This document shows positions 19,764-30,523 of a stretch of 53,202 bases of DNA, piece after piece; the first letter of the stretch is position 1; each line of letters starts with the position of its first letter. Origin of the DNA: Chromatiales bacterium. GTDB lineage: Bacteria; Pseudomonadota; Gammaproteobacteria; CAMYNG01. A model generated the notes under the pieces. The model was not told where the DNA came from. It saw nothing but the letters and a program-made list of their open reading frames with translations, and searched no databases. Location: assembly GCA_027005735.1 (NCBI GenBank), contig JALTLF010000151.1, forward strand, positions 1-53,202, read 5' to 3'. A program made the position numbers and the translations under genes.

Positions 19764-21740
19764 TTACAAAACTTCGTTGACGGCCTTCACCACGTTGTCC
19801 ACGGTGAAACCGAATTCCTTGAAAAGTTCGCCGGCCGGCGCGGACTCGCCGAAGCGATCGATGCCCACGACCTTGCTGGCGTACCTGTACCAGCAGCTGG
19901 TGGCGGCGGCCTCGACGACCACGCGCGCGCTGACGCCGGAGGGCAGGACCGACTCGCGGTAAGCCTCGTCCTGCGCCTCGAAGACGTCCACCGAGGGCAT
20001 GGAGACCACGCGGATCTTGCGGTCGCTGAGTTCTTCCGCCGCGCCCATGGCCAGCGCCACCTCGGAGCCGGTGGCGATGATGATGGCCTCGGGCGTCCCG
20101 TCGCAGTCTTTCAGGACATAGCCGCCCCGGCTGATGGCGGCGACCTGTTCCTCGCTGCGTTCCTGGTGCGGCAGGCCCTGGCGCGAGAAGATCAGGCTGG
20201 TGGGACCTTCCTTGCGCTCGATGGCGCGCGCCCAGGCCACGGCGGTCTCGACGGCATCGCAGGGACGCCATACCGACATGTTGGGGATCAGCCGCAGGGT
20301 CGGGATCTGCTCGATGGGCTGGTGGGTCGGACCGTCTTCGCCCAGGCCGATGGAGTCATGGGTGTAGACGAAGATGGAGCGGATCTTCATCAGCGCCGCC
20401 ATGCGCAGGGCGTTGCGGGCATATTCGGAGAACATCAGGAAGGTGGCGCCGAAGGGGATCAGCCCGCCGTGCAGAGCGATGCCGTTCATGATGGCCGACA
20501 TGCCGAACTCGCGCACGCCATAGCGCACGTAGTTGGGCTCCTCGCTGTTGTCCATGGGCTTGAAGCCGGACCACTCGGTGAGGTTGGAACAACCGAGGTC
20601 GGCGGAACCGCCGAACAGCTCGGGCAGCGCCGGAGAATAGGCCTCGATGGCCGCCAGCGAGGCCTGGCGCGTGGCCGGGCTCTTGGCCTCGGCGACGGTG
20701 CGGGCGACGAAGTCCTCCGCCGTCTTCTGCCAGTCGGCGGGCAGATCGCCGGCCATGCGGCGTTCGAACTCGGCGGCCAGTTCCGGGTAGTCCTTCTTGT
20801 AGGCGTCGAATTTCTCCTGCCAGGCCTGCTCGGCGGCGGCGCCCTTCTCCCTGGCATCCCAGGCGTGATAGATCTCGGAAGGGATCTCGAAGGGGCCGTG
20901 GTCCCAGCCCAGTGCCGCCTTGGTCAGGTTGATTTCCTCCTCGCCCAGCGGCGCGCCGTGGGAAGCGTGGCTGCCAGCCTTGTTGGGCGAACCGAAGCCG
21001 ATGGTGGTCTTGCAGCAGATCAGGGTCGGCTTGTCGGTCATGGCGCGCGCCAGATCCACGGCCTTCTTGATGGACTCGGGATCATGGCCGTCCACGTCCG
21101 GGATGACGTGCCAGCCGTAGGCCTCGAAGCGCTTCGGCGTGTCGTCGGTGAACCAGCCCTCCACGTGGCCGTCGATGGAGATGCCGTTGTCGTCCCAGAA
21201 GGCGATGAGCTTGCCCAGGCCGAGGGTGCCGGCCAGCGAGCAGGCCTCGTGAGAGATCCCTTCCATCAGGCAGCCGTCACCGAGGAACACCCAGGTGTGG
21301 TGATCGACGATGTCGTGACCCTTCTGGTTGAAACGCGCGGCGAGGGCCTTCTCGGCGATGGCCATGCCGACGGCATTGGTAATACCCTGGCCCAGCGGCC
21401 CGGTGGTGGTCTCGACGCCCGGCGTGTAGCCGTATTCCGGGTGGCCGGGGGTCTTCGAATGCAGCTGGCGGAACTGCTTGAGATCCTCGATGGTGAGCGC
21501 GTAGCCGGTCAGGTGCAGGAGAGAATAGATCAGCATGGAACCGTGGCCGTTGGAGAGCACGAAACGGTCGCGGTTGGCCCAGTGGGGATTGGCGGGGTTG
21601 TGGACCAGGTAGTCGTTCCACAGTACCTCGGCGATGTCCGCCATGCCCATGGGGGCGCCGGGGTGTCCAGACTTGGCCTTCTGCACCGCGTCCATGCTGA
21701 GGGCGCGAATGGCATTGGCGAGTTCTCTGCGAGATGGCAT
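19764..21740 (-). CDS. tkt: Transketolase
   Basis: [47 protein letters not shown]. Confidence 0.96.
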   Translation of the reverse strand: MPSRRELANAIRALSMDAVQKAKSGHPGAPMGMADIAEVLWNDYLVHNPANPHWANRDRFVLSNGHGSMLIYSLLHLTGYALTIEDLKQFRQLHSKTPGHPEYGYTPGVETTTGPLGQGITNAVGMAIAEKALAARFNQKGHDIVDHHTWVFLGDGCLMEGISHEACSLAGTLGLGKLIAFWDDNGISIDGHVEGWFTDDTPKRFEAYGWHVIPDVDGHDPESIKKAVDLARAMTDKPTLICCKTTIGFGSPNKAGSHASHGAPLGEEEINLTKAALGWDHGPFEIPSEIYHAWDAREKGAAAEQAWQEKFDAYKKDYPELAAEFERRMAGDLPADWQKTAEDFVARTVAEAKSPATRQASLAAIEAYSPALPELFGGSADLGCSNLTEWSGFKPMDNSEEPNYVRYGVREFGMSAIMNGIALHGGLIPFGATFLMFSEYARNALRMAALMKIRSIFVYTHDSIGLGEDGPTHQPIEQIPTLRLIPNMSVWRPCDAVETAVAWARAIERKEGPTSLIFSRQGLPHQERSEEQVAAISRGGYVLKDCDGTPEAIIIATGSEVALAMGAAEELSDRKIRVVSMPSVDVFEAQDEAYRESVLPSGVSARVVVEAAATSCWYRYASKVVGIDRFGESAPAGELFKEFGFTVDNVVKAVNEVL

Positions 21741-22055
21741 AACACTCTCCTGTTTTCAAAATTGAAAAAACGACCGTACCCGTCCGGCGCCCTGCGGCGG
21801 CCAGGTCAGACACGTCGCCGGCCGTGCCGGCGGAAACCTGCTTTAATCGTGGGAATACGGCTGGACAGCCGTCCCTGTGGCGTTTCGGCCTCCCCACTTC
21901 CCCCGGCGTCTCCCCACGTCGCCAGGGCCGAAGAGGCGCAATTTTCCCTTTTTTACCCCCCCCGGGCAATAGCCGGGGGCAGATTTTCCCGCGCCCGATA
22001 AGCCCGTTTATAACGTAAATAAATGATTTTTATTGTCTTTTTGGTCCGGTCGGTG

Positions 22056-22616
22056 TCAGTCCCCGTCCTTCCACTTGATGGAACAGCCCATGGATGGCAC
22101 CTGCTCAGCGGGCCCCTGGCCGGTCTTCGCCACCTGAACCATGGCCTCAAAGAGCTCGCGGCGGGCGTCCTCAGGGGCGGTCTCCTTGCGGCTGGCGTCG
22201 AGGCGTCCGCGGTACTGGAGTTCCAGATCGGCGTTGTAGCCGAAGAAGTCCGGGGTGCACACCGCGCCGTAGGCCTTCGCCACCGCCTGGGAGGCGTCCA
22301 TTAAATAAGGAAAGGGGAAGTCGAATTCCTCGGCCACGCGCTGCATGTTCTCGAAGGAGTCCTCCTCGTAGAGGCTCGGATCGTTGGACATGATGGCAAC
22401 GCTCTTTATGCCGTAGTCCAGCAGTTCGCGGGTGTCGCGCACCAGGCGCTCGCGGATGGCCTTGACGTAGGGGCAGTGGTTGCAGATGAACATCACCAGC
22501 AGGCCGTTTTCGCCGCGGCACTCTGCCAGCGTCCAGGTACGCCCGTCCACGCCGGGCAGGGCAAAGTCCACCGCGGGCTTGCCGAATTCACATACTGGGG
22601 TCTCGAGACTGACCAT
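22056..22616 (-). CDS. Thioredoxin-family (AhpC/TSA-like) protein
   Basis: Start MVSLETPVC at 22616 with SD AGGAGG; CNHCPYVK, AVCTPDFFG, YRGRLD, PSMGCSIKWK. The longer ORF call is an antisense extension over metK. Confidence 0.9.
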   Translation of the reverse strand: MVSLETPVCEFGKPAVDFALPGVDGRTWTLAECRGENGLLVMFICNHCPYVKAIRERLVRDTRELLDYGIKSVAIMSNDPSLYEEDSFENMQRVAEEFDFPFPYLMDASQAVAKAYGAVCTPDFFGYNADLELQYRGRLDASRKETAPEDARRELFEAMVQVAKTGQGPAEQVPSMGCSIKWKDGD

Positions 22617-22844
22617 GAGCTTCCTCCTGCCGGCTGGCTGTCTGTGCGTTTCAGTCCGGCCACACGCGGCCGGGGCGGCAGTATACCCCACTCCCGCGCG
22701 CCCGGGGACACGCCCCCGGACCAGCCGCTTCCCTTGCTGTTCAAACACCGTGTTAGCCGCTAGACTAGGGCGCTCTCCACTACCCGGGGACACACCGGGC
22801 CCCCGCGTGGTGCGGGCACGATAACGACAGACGAAGGGATACCC

Positions 22845-24005
<1,161 letters not shown>

Positions 24006-24079
24006 AGAACGGCGCGTGCAGGGGGACTTGCATCTGCGCGGAGATAGTCTAAAAATATCTTTCGGAAATACACCGTCCT

Positions 24080-24206
24080 TGTCTGAGGGGCGCTGCAGCC
24101 TCGCTATTAAATCCGGTCACAGGACTGTCGGCGCCCACCCGGCCCGGCGGCGGGATTTGGTAGCGGGGTCAGGCTCAGACAGCGGTTTCTGTGACAACGG
24201 CGCTCA
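24080..24206 (+). ncRNA. SAH riboswitch in the ahcY leader
   Basis: Conserved blocks CTGAGGGGCGCTGCAG, CAGGCTCAG and AACGGCGCTCA. P1 = TGTCTGAG/CTCAGACA; pseudoknot GGGCGCTG/CGGCGCTC. Lies directly upstream of the ahcY SD (GGAG). Confidence 0.9.
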
Positions 24207-24226
24207 GTAAGCATGGAGAACTCACC

Positions 24227-25642
24227 ATGAGTGCTGTTGCCGATTCAAAATTCACCGATTTCAAGGTTGCCGATCTGTCCCTCGCCGAGTGGGGCCACAA
24301 GGAGATCGCCATCGCCGAGTCCGAGATGCCGGGCCTCATGGCCCTGCGCGAGGAATACGGCGACAGCAAGCCCCTCGAGGGCGCGCGCATCTCCGGCAGC
24401 CTGCACATGACCATCCAGACCGCGGTACTCATCGAGACCCTCGTGGCGCTGGGCGCCGAGGTGCGCTGGGCCTCGTGCAACATCTTCTCCACCCAGGACC
24501 ATGCCGCCGCCGCCATCGCCGACCAGGGGATCCCGGTGTTCGCCTGGAAGGGCGAGACCATCGAGGAATACTGGTGGTGTACCGAGCAGATGATGACCTG
24601 GCCGGACGGCAAGCTGCCCAACATGATCCTCGACGACGGCGGTGACGCCACCCTGCTGGTGCACAAGGGCGCCGAGTTCGAGCGCGCCGGCAAGGTACCC
24701 GACGCCCAGCCGGGTGACAATGAAGAATGGGTCGCCATTCTCAATGTCCTGCGCAACACGAAGGAAAAGGACAAGTGGACGCGTATCGCCGAGAGCGTCA
24801 GGGGCGTCACCGAGGAGACCACCACCGGCGTGCATCGCCTCTACCAGATGGAACAGAAGAACGAGCTGCTGTTCCCGGCCATGAACGTCAACGACTCGGT
24901 GACCAAGTCCAAGTTCGACAACCTCTACGGCTGTCGCGAGTCCCTGCTCGACGGCATCAAGCGCGCCACCGACGTCATGGTCGCCGGCAAGATCTGCGTG
25001 GTGCTGGGCTACGGCGACGTGGGCAAGGGCTGCGCGCAGGCCTTCCGCGGCATGGGTGCCACGGTGCTGGTCACCGAGATCGACCCCATCTGCGCCCTGC
25101 AGGCGGCGATGGAAGGCTACCGCGTGGTCACCATGGACGAGGCCTGCAAGTACGGCGATATCTTCGTCACCGCCACCGGCAACGTGCATGTCATCAACCA
25201 CGACCACATGGCCGCCATGAAGGACGAGGCCATCGTCTGCAACATCGGCCACTTCGACTCCGAGATCGACATCGCCTCGCTGGAGAAGTACCAGTGGGAG
25301 GAGATCAAGCCGGAAGTGGACCACGTCATCTTTCCCGACGGCAAGAAGATCATCGTGCTCGCCAGGGGCCGCCTGGTCAACCTGGGTTGCGCCACCGGCC
25401 ACCCCAGTTTCGTCATGTCGGCCTCCTTCACCAACCAGGTGATGGCGCAGATCGAGTTCTTCCAGCACGCCGACAAGTACGAGAACAGGGTCTATGTGCT
25501 GCCCAAGCACCTCGACGAAAAGGTCGCGCGCCTGCACCTTGGCAAGATCGGCGCCCAGCTGACGCAACTCAGCCAGGAACAGGCCGACTACATCGGCGTG
25601 CCGGTGGACGGTCCCTACAAGCCCGACCACTACCGCTATTAA
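24227..25642 (+). CDS. ahcY: Adenosylhomocysteinase
   Basis: [40 protein letters not shown]-terminal YRY. ATG at 24227 follows SD GGAG. Confidence 0.96.
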   Translation: MSAVADSKFTDFKVADLSLAEWGHKEIAIAESEMPGLMALREEYGDSKPLEGARISGSLHMTIQTAVLIETLVALGAEVRWASCNIFSTQDHAAAAIADQGIPVFAWKGETIEEYWWCTEQMMTWPDGKLPNMILDDGGDATLLVHKGAEFERAGKVPDAQPGDNEEWVAILNVLRNTKEKDKWTRIAESVRGVTEETTTGVHRLYQMEQKNELLFPAMNVNDSVTKSKFDNLYGCRESLLDGIKRATDVMVAGKICVVLGYGDVGKGCAQAFRGMGATVLVTEIDPICALQAAMEGYRVVTMDEACKYGDIFVTATGNVHVINHDHMAAMKDEAIVCNIGHFDSEIDIASLEKYQWEEIKPEVDHVIFPDGKKIIVLARGRLVNLGCATGHPSFVMSASFTNQVMAQIEFFQHADKYENRVYVLPKHLDEKVARLHLGKIGAQLTQLSQEQADYIGVPVDGPYKPDHYRY

Positions 25643-25722
25643 GTCAGTCACGAGGTACGCGCGGCGAGGAACGAGGATCAAATCCCTGTTCCTGTCGCCT
25701 GTGCCGCGTGACTTGCGCTGAC
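25643..25722 (+). repeat. Inverted pair of degenerate heptamer arrays forming an imperfect hairpin
   Basis: TCACGAG GTACGCG CGGCGAG GAACGAG, followed by CCCTGTT CCTGTCG CCTGTGC CGCGTGA CTTGCGC; outer GTCAG/CTGAC. Confidence 0.55.
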
Positions 25723-25730
25723 ACCCTGTC

Positions 25731-26576
25731 ATGGATACGCAAAAAAAATATCAACCCACCTTCAGTTTCGAGTTCTTTCCGCCCAAGACGACGGAGGGCG
25801 CGGAGAAATTGCGCCGCGTGCGCGAGGAACTGGGGGCGCTCAAGCCGCGCTACTTCTCCGTCACCTTTGGCGCCGGCGGCAGCACGCAGAAGGGCACGCT
25901 GGAGACGGTGCTGGAGATCCGCGCCGCCGGTTACGACGCCGCGCCGCACCTGTCCTGCATCGGCACCAGCCGCGAGTTCATCCGTGAACTGCTCAACACC
26001 TACCTGGAGCACGACATCACTCACATCGTCGCGCTGCGCGGCGACATGCCCTCCGGCATGGGCGGCAACGGCGATTTCGCCCACGCCAATGAGCTGGTGA
26101 GTTTCATTCGCGCCGAGACCGGCGACCGCTTCCACATCGAGGTGGCGGCCTATCCCGAGTTTCACCCCCAGGCACGCTCGGCGCAGGACGACCTGCAAAA
26201 CTTCAAGCGCAAGGTGGACGCCGGCGCCAGTAGCGCCCTGACGCAGTATTTCTACAACCCGGATGCCTATTTCCGTTTCATCGAGAGTTGCGAAAAGATG
26301 GGCGTGGACATCCCGGTGGTGCCCGGCATCATGCCCATCACCAATTACACGCAACTGGCGCGCTTCTCCGATGCCTGTGGCGCCGAGATCCCGCGCTGGA
26401 TCCGCAAACGACTCGAAGGCTTCGGCGACGATCGCGACTCCCTGCTGGCCTTCGGTCACGACGTGGTCACCACCCTGTGCCGCCAGCTTCTGGACGCGGG
26501 CGCGCCGGGCCTGCATTTCTACACCATGAACCGCACCGCGCCGACCCTGGCCATCTGGAAAGATCTGGGTCTGTAG
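25731..26576 (+). CDS. metF: 5,10-methylenetetrahydrofolate reductase
   Basis: SFEFFPPK, SVTFGAGGST, ALRGD, AAYPEFHP, GLHFYTMN. Confidence 0.95.
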   Translation: MDTQKKYQPTFSFEFFPPKTTEGAEKLRRVREELGALKPRYFSVTFGAGGSTQKGTLETVLEIRAAGYDAAPHLSCIGTSREFIRELLNTYLEHDITHIVALRGDMPSGMGGNGDFAHANELVSFIRAETGDRFHIEVAAYPEFHPQARSAQDDLQNFKRKVDAGASSALTQYFYNPDAYFRFIESCEKMGVDIPVVPGIMPITNYTQLARFSDACGAEIPRWIRKRLEGFGDDRDSLLAFGHDVVTTLCRQLLDAGAPGLHFYTMNRTAPTLAIWKDLGL

Positions 26577-26640
26577 TTCGATCCACGCTGGTCAAAATTC
26601 ATCTCGTGACGGAACGGTGGTACAAGCGACGGGAACGCGG

Positions 26641-26726
26641 TTGTTACCTGCCGGGACCGTGCGCCAGAGGGATGTGGCGCCCGAGCCTGCAGGGATGCAT
26701 ATACGGCGTGTCCCGGCAGGTAACAA
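26641..26726. repeat. 86-bp structured repeat/MITE-like element with 17-bp perfect terminal inverted repeats
   Basis: TTGTTACCTGCCGGGAC (26641-26657) / GTCCCGGCAGGTAACAA (26710-26726); two internal AGGGATG motifs; core related to 53137-53168. Confidence 0.75.
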
Positions 26727-26750
26727 GCGCGTGACCATTCGAGCCTGAAC

Positions 26751-28118
26751 ATGTCCCACAGCCGACATCCAGACAACAAGGCACTGACCCGGCGCGACCT
26801 CGCCGTGCTCTGGCATCCCTGCACGCAGATGAAGGACCACGAGTCCCTGCCCATGATCCCCATTGCCCGCGGCGAGGGCGTATGGCTCTACGACTTCGAC
26901 GGCCGGCGCTACCTCGATGCCATCTCCTCCTGGTGGGTCAACCTGTTTGGCCACTGCAACCCGCATATCAACCAGCGCCTGCGTGAACAACTCGAAACCC
27001 TGGAACACGTCATCCTCGCTGGTTTCACCCACGAGGCGGTGGTGGAGCTGTCGGAAAAACTCGTCGCCCTGACGCCGCCGGGACTCAAGCGCTGCTTCTA
27101 TGCCGACAACGGCTCCTCGGCCATCGAGGTGGCTTTGAAGATGAGCTTTCACTACTGGCACAACCGCGGACAGACGGGCAAGACGCGCTTCATCTCGCTG
27201 AGCAACAGCTACCACGGCGAGACCCTCGGCGCCCTGTCGGTGGGCAACGTGGAACTCTACAAGGACACCTACGGCCCCCTGCTGCTCGACGTCATCACCG
27301 TGCCTGGCCCCGACTGTTACCACCGCGAGGCGGGCGAATCCTGTCGCGACTACAGCGCCCGCATGTTCGCCCACATGGAAACGGCGCTGGAGAAGCACGC
27401 CGAGGAAACCTGCGCGGTGGTGGTGGAACCGCTTGTGCAGTGCGCCGGCGGCATGCGCATGTACGATGCCGTGTACCTCGAAATGCTGCGCGAGGCCTGC
27501 GACCGCCACGGCGTGCATCTCATCGCCGACGAGATCGCCGTGGGCTTTGGCCGCAGCGGCACCCTGTTTGCCTGCGAACAGGCGGGCATTACGCCCGACT
27601 TCATGTGCCTGTCCAAGGGGCTCACCGGCGGCTACCTGCCCCTGTCGGTATGCCTCACCACCGACGACATCTATGCCGCCTTCTACGACGACTACGCAAG
27701 GCTCACCGCCTTCCTGCATTCCCATAGCTATACCGGCAACGCGCTGGCCTGCCGCGCCGCGCTGGCGACGCTGGAGCTGTTCGAGGCCAGTGATGTCATC
27801 GGCGCCAACCGCACCCTCGCCGCCCACATGGCCGGGGCCGCGGCACGCCTGGCGGATCATCCCCACGTGGGCGAGGTACGCCAGACCGGCATGATACTCG
27901 CCATGGAGATGAGCCCCGACGGCACGCGCAACACCGCCTATCCCTGGCAGGAACGCCGCGGCCTGCGCGTTTACCGCCATGCGCTGGAAAACGAGGTCCT
28001 GCTGCGCCCGCTGGGCAACGTCATCTATCTCATGCCGCCCTACGTCATCACCCCTGAAGAGATCGATCACTGCCTCGCCGTGGCCGCGCGGGGGATCGAC
28101 CTGGCCACATGCGACTGA
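26751..28118 (+). CDS. bioA: Adenosylmethionine-8-amino-7-oxononanoate transaminase
   Basis: WHPCTQMK, DAISSWWVNLFGH, YHGET, IADEIAVGFGRSG, LSKGLTGG, HSHSYTGN, RPLGN. Confidence 0.95.
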   Translation: MSHSRHPDNKALTRRDLAVLWHPCTQMKDHESLPMIPIARGEGVWLYDFDGRRYLDAISSWWVNLFGHCNPHINQRLREQLETLEHVILAGFTHEAVVELSEKLVALTPPGLKRCFYADNGSSAIEVALKMSFHYWHNRGQTGKTRFISLSNSYHGETLGALSVGNVELYKDTYGPLLLDVITVPGPDCYHREAGESCRDYSARMFAHMETALEKHAEETCAVVVEPLVQCAGGMRMYDAVYLEMLREACDRHGVHLIADEIAVGFGRSGTLFACEQAGITPDFMCLSKGLTGGYLPLSVCLTTDDIYAAFYDDYARLTAFLHSHSYTGNALACRAALATLELFEASDVIGANRTLAAHMAGAAARLADHPHVGEVRQTGMILAMEMSPDGTRNTAYPWQERRGLRVYRHALENEVLLRPLGNVIYLMPPYVITPEEIDHCLAVAARGIDLATCD

Positions 28119-28852
28119 CCCGCCTCTACACACCCCAGCCGCTCGCCAGCGGCGCGACGGTGACGCTGGATCCCCGCGCCGCCGGTCACTGCGCCCGGGT
28201 GCTGCGCATGCGCGCCGGTGACGCCATCGTGCTTTTCAACGGCGAAGGAGGCGAGTACCAGGCCCGCCTGGAGACGGTCAACAGGCGGGAAGTCCGCGCG
28301 GAGGTGGGCCGCTTCGATGCGGTGTCGCGGGAATCCTCCCTGCGCGTCACGCTCTACCAGGCGCTGGCGCGGGGCGAACGCATGGACTATGCGCTGCAGA
28401 AAGCCGTCGAACTGGGGGTCGCGGCCGTGGTCCCGGTGCTCACGCGCCGCTGCGTGGTGCAACTGGACGCGCAGAAGCGGGAACGGCGCATGGCCCACTG
28501 GGCCGGCGTCGTCACCAGCGCCTGCGAACAGAGCGGACGCACGCGCCTGCCGGCGCTGCACCCGCCCATGACACTGGCGCAGGTACTCGAAACAGGCGGG
28601 GGTAACGATACGCAACTGCGGCTGGTGCTCGATCCCGAAGCGCAGGAGGGGCTCTCGCAACTGGCGAACAATTCCGACGAGGTGGATCTGCTCATCGGCC
28701 CGGAGGGCGGCCTGGACACGGCGGAGATCGCCGCCTGCCGGGCGGCGGGCTTCACGCCGCTGCGCTTCGGCCCCCGCGTCCTGCGCACGGAGACTGCCGG
28801 CGCGGCGGTGATCGCCGCGCTACAGTCACGCTGGGGGGATCTCGATCACTGA
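28109..28852 (+). CDS. rsmE: 16S rRNA m3U1498 methyltransferase
   Basis: HCARVLR, QKAVELG, ACEQSGR, IGPEGG, GPRVLRTETA. Confidence 0.94.
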   Translation: MRLTRLYTPQPLASGATVTLDPRAAGHCARVLRMRAGDAIVLFNGEGGEYQARLETVNRREVRAEVGRFDAVSRESSLRVTLYQALARGERMDYALQKAVELGVAAVVPVLTRRCVVQLDAQKRERRMAHWAGVVTSACEQSGRTRLPALHPPMTLAQVLETGGGNDTQLRLVLDPEAQEGLSQLANNSDEVDLLIGPEGGLDTAEIAACRAAGFTPLRFGPRVLRTETAGAAVIAALQSRWGDLDH

Positions 28853-28864
28853 GGGCCGGGGGGA

Positions 28865-29371
28865 TCAGCTGGACAGCAGGCGCAGCAGGCGTGCCTCGAG
28901 ATCGTCGATGTTGGGCACCATCACCGGCTGGTTGCCCAGCAGGGCGTAGCTGGCCACGGTGGGCGATGGCACGCTGATGTCGTTGTTGGGCATGATGGCG
29001 TTCATGCCCACCACCTGGAGATGGGGGATACCCTGTGAAAGGAGGCCGATGTAGGGCAGCCGCGCGTTGCCATTGAGGGTATTGAGCACCACGATGCGGG
29101 AACGCGAGGTGGGTGCCGCTACCTTGCCGCCGATGGCCGCCTCGAAGGAGAACACCGGCACGCGGTAGTCACGCCAGTTGACCATGCCCAGGAACCACTC
29201 GGGGCCGTCCTGCGTGGGTTCGGGTTTGTCGTAGGACACCACCTCGGCGACGGTGGTGTTGGGCAACAGCACCTGTTCACCCTTGAGGGGTATGAGCAGG
29301 CAGTTGACGACATCGGCGCGGCCGCTCTGCGCGACGCCTTCGTCAGTACCGATCTGGGTTACGTCCACCAT
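28865..29371 (-). CDS. chpC: CheW-like adaptor ChpC
   Basis: LLIPL..QVLLPNTTVAEV, WFLGMVNWR..VPVFSFE; terminal position in the pil-chp operon. Confidence 0.85.
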   Translation of the reverse strand: MVDVTQIGTDEGVAQSGRADVVNCLLIPLKGEQVLLPNTTVAEVVSYDKPEPTQDGPEWFLGMVNWRDYRVPVFSFEAAIGGKVAAPTSRSRIVVLNTLNGNARLPYIGLLSQGIPHLQVVGMNAIMPNNDISVPSPTVASYALLGNQPVMVPNIDDLEARLLRLLSS

Positions 29372-29386
29372 GGCGGATCATCCTGT

Positions 29387-30511
29387 CTAGTTGAGACTGT
29401 TGAAATGCTTGACCAGTTGTTGCGCCAGTTCCTCGGGGCTGGCGGACAGGGCCACCAGGCCGGTGGCGCGTGCGGCATCGGGCATGCTGCTCATGACGCA
29501 ACTGGCACCGTCCTGCGCCCACACCAGTCCGCCGCGTCGATGCATCTCGCGGATCCCCTCGCGGCCATCGTCCCCCAGGCCGCTGAAGAGGATCGCCCCG
29601 GAACGCGCCGGGTAACGCCGTGCCACGTCCTCGATGACCATGTCGATGGAGGGCGTGTAACGCGCCCGGCTCGGCGCGGGATGCAGTTCCACCGTACCCA
29701 CGGAGTTGATCACCAGGCGCTCCGCCACCGGCGCGAGCAAAACCTGCCCGTGGCGCAAGACGTGGCCCACCTGGGGCTGGCATACGCGCAACGGCGTCTC
29801 CCGGTCCAGTTGCTCGGCCAGCAGGCCGACGAAACGCGTGCCGAGGTGCTGCGCCAGCACGAAGGCCGCCGGGATGTCCGCCGGCAGGGCGGCGAGAAAA
29901 CGCTTGAGGGCCTCCGGCCCCCCCAGCGAGGCGCCGAGCACCCACACGTTCATGGCCACCTCGCCCTTGGGCGTCTGGCCGGGGAAGACGCGATCCTCGC
30001 CCAGCTTGATGGAGCCGCTGTCGAGGGCGTACATGCCCGAATCCATGCCCTCGCTGAGATTGACCTCGATGCCCGATTCGCGCGAGGCCAGCTCGACGAT
30101 CTTGCGTAACAGGGTGGTATGCCAGCGCGCCAGCGAGCGCGGCTCCCTGAGGGTCAGCGCGGAGATGTCGTTGAAGACGATGGGCACCGGCGAATCGTCC
30201 AGCAGGGCGTCGAGTACCGCCTCGTCGTGCTCAATGTCGTCATGCAGATCGAGGATCAACACCTCGGCCTCGCTGGCGGCGAGGCGGTCAATGAGACCGG
30301 CATGCAGGGATTCGCTCAGCACCACCTTGAGACCACGATCCTTGAGGGCGTTTTCCAGGTAGCTGCGCTGGCGCAGGGAATCGGAGGCAATGGCGATGTG
30401 GACCTTGCGCAACTCCAGCGTCGCGGGAGATGGCGAACGTTCCTCGGGCTTGCTCTCTGCGCCAGCGGCATCGACGGATAGCGCCTTGATGAATTTCATC
30501 GAGCCCTTCAT
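29387..30511 (-). CDS. chpB: CheB-like methylesterase ChpB
   Basis: GASLGGP, AQH and SGLGDDG catalytic-triad contexts; SSMP. Confidence 0.88.
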   Translation of the reverse strand: MKGSMKFIKALSVDAAGAESKPEERSPSPATLELRKVHIAIASDSLRQRSYLENALKDRGLKVVLSESLHAGLIDRLAASEAEVLILDLHDDIEHDEAVLDALLDDSPVPIVFNDISALTLREPRSLARWHTTLLRKIVELASRESGIEVNLSEGMDSGMYALDSGSIKLGEDRVFPGQTPKGEVAMNVWVLGASLGGPEALKRFLAALPADIPAAFVLAQHLGTRFVGLLAEQLDRETPLRVCQPQVGHVLRHGQVLLAPVAERLVINSVGTVELHPAPSRARYTPSIDMVIEDVARRYPARSGAILFSGLGDDGREGIREMHRRGGLVWAQDGASCVMSSMPDAARATGLVALSASPEELAQQLVKHFNSLN

Positions 30512-30523
30512 GGCGCGGCCCGC

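Noticed and set aside
22010-22035. AT-rich IHF-like or LysR-like site upstream of tkt (and similar at ~14603-14616)
   Set aside because: Degenerate consensus with a mismatch; cannot be distinguished from a generic AT-rich promoter flank.
24191-24226. GTG start for ahcY
   Set aside because: Lies inside the riboswitch pseudoknot with no SD. ATG 24227 has GGAG at proper spacing.
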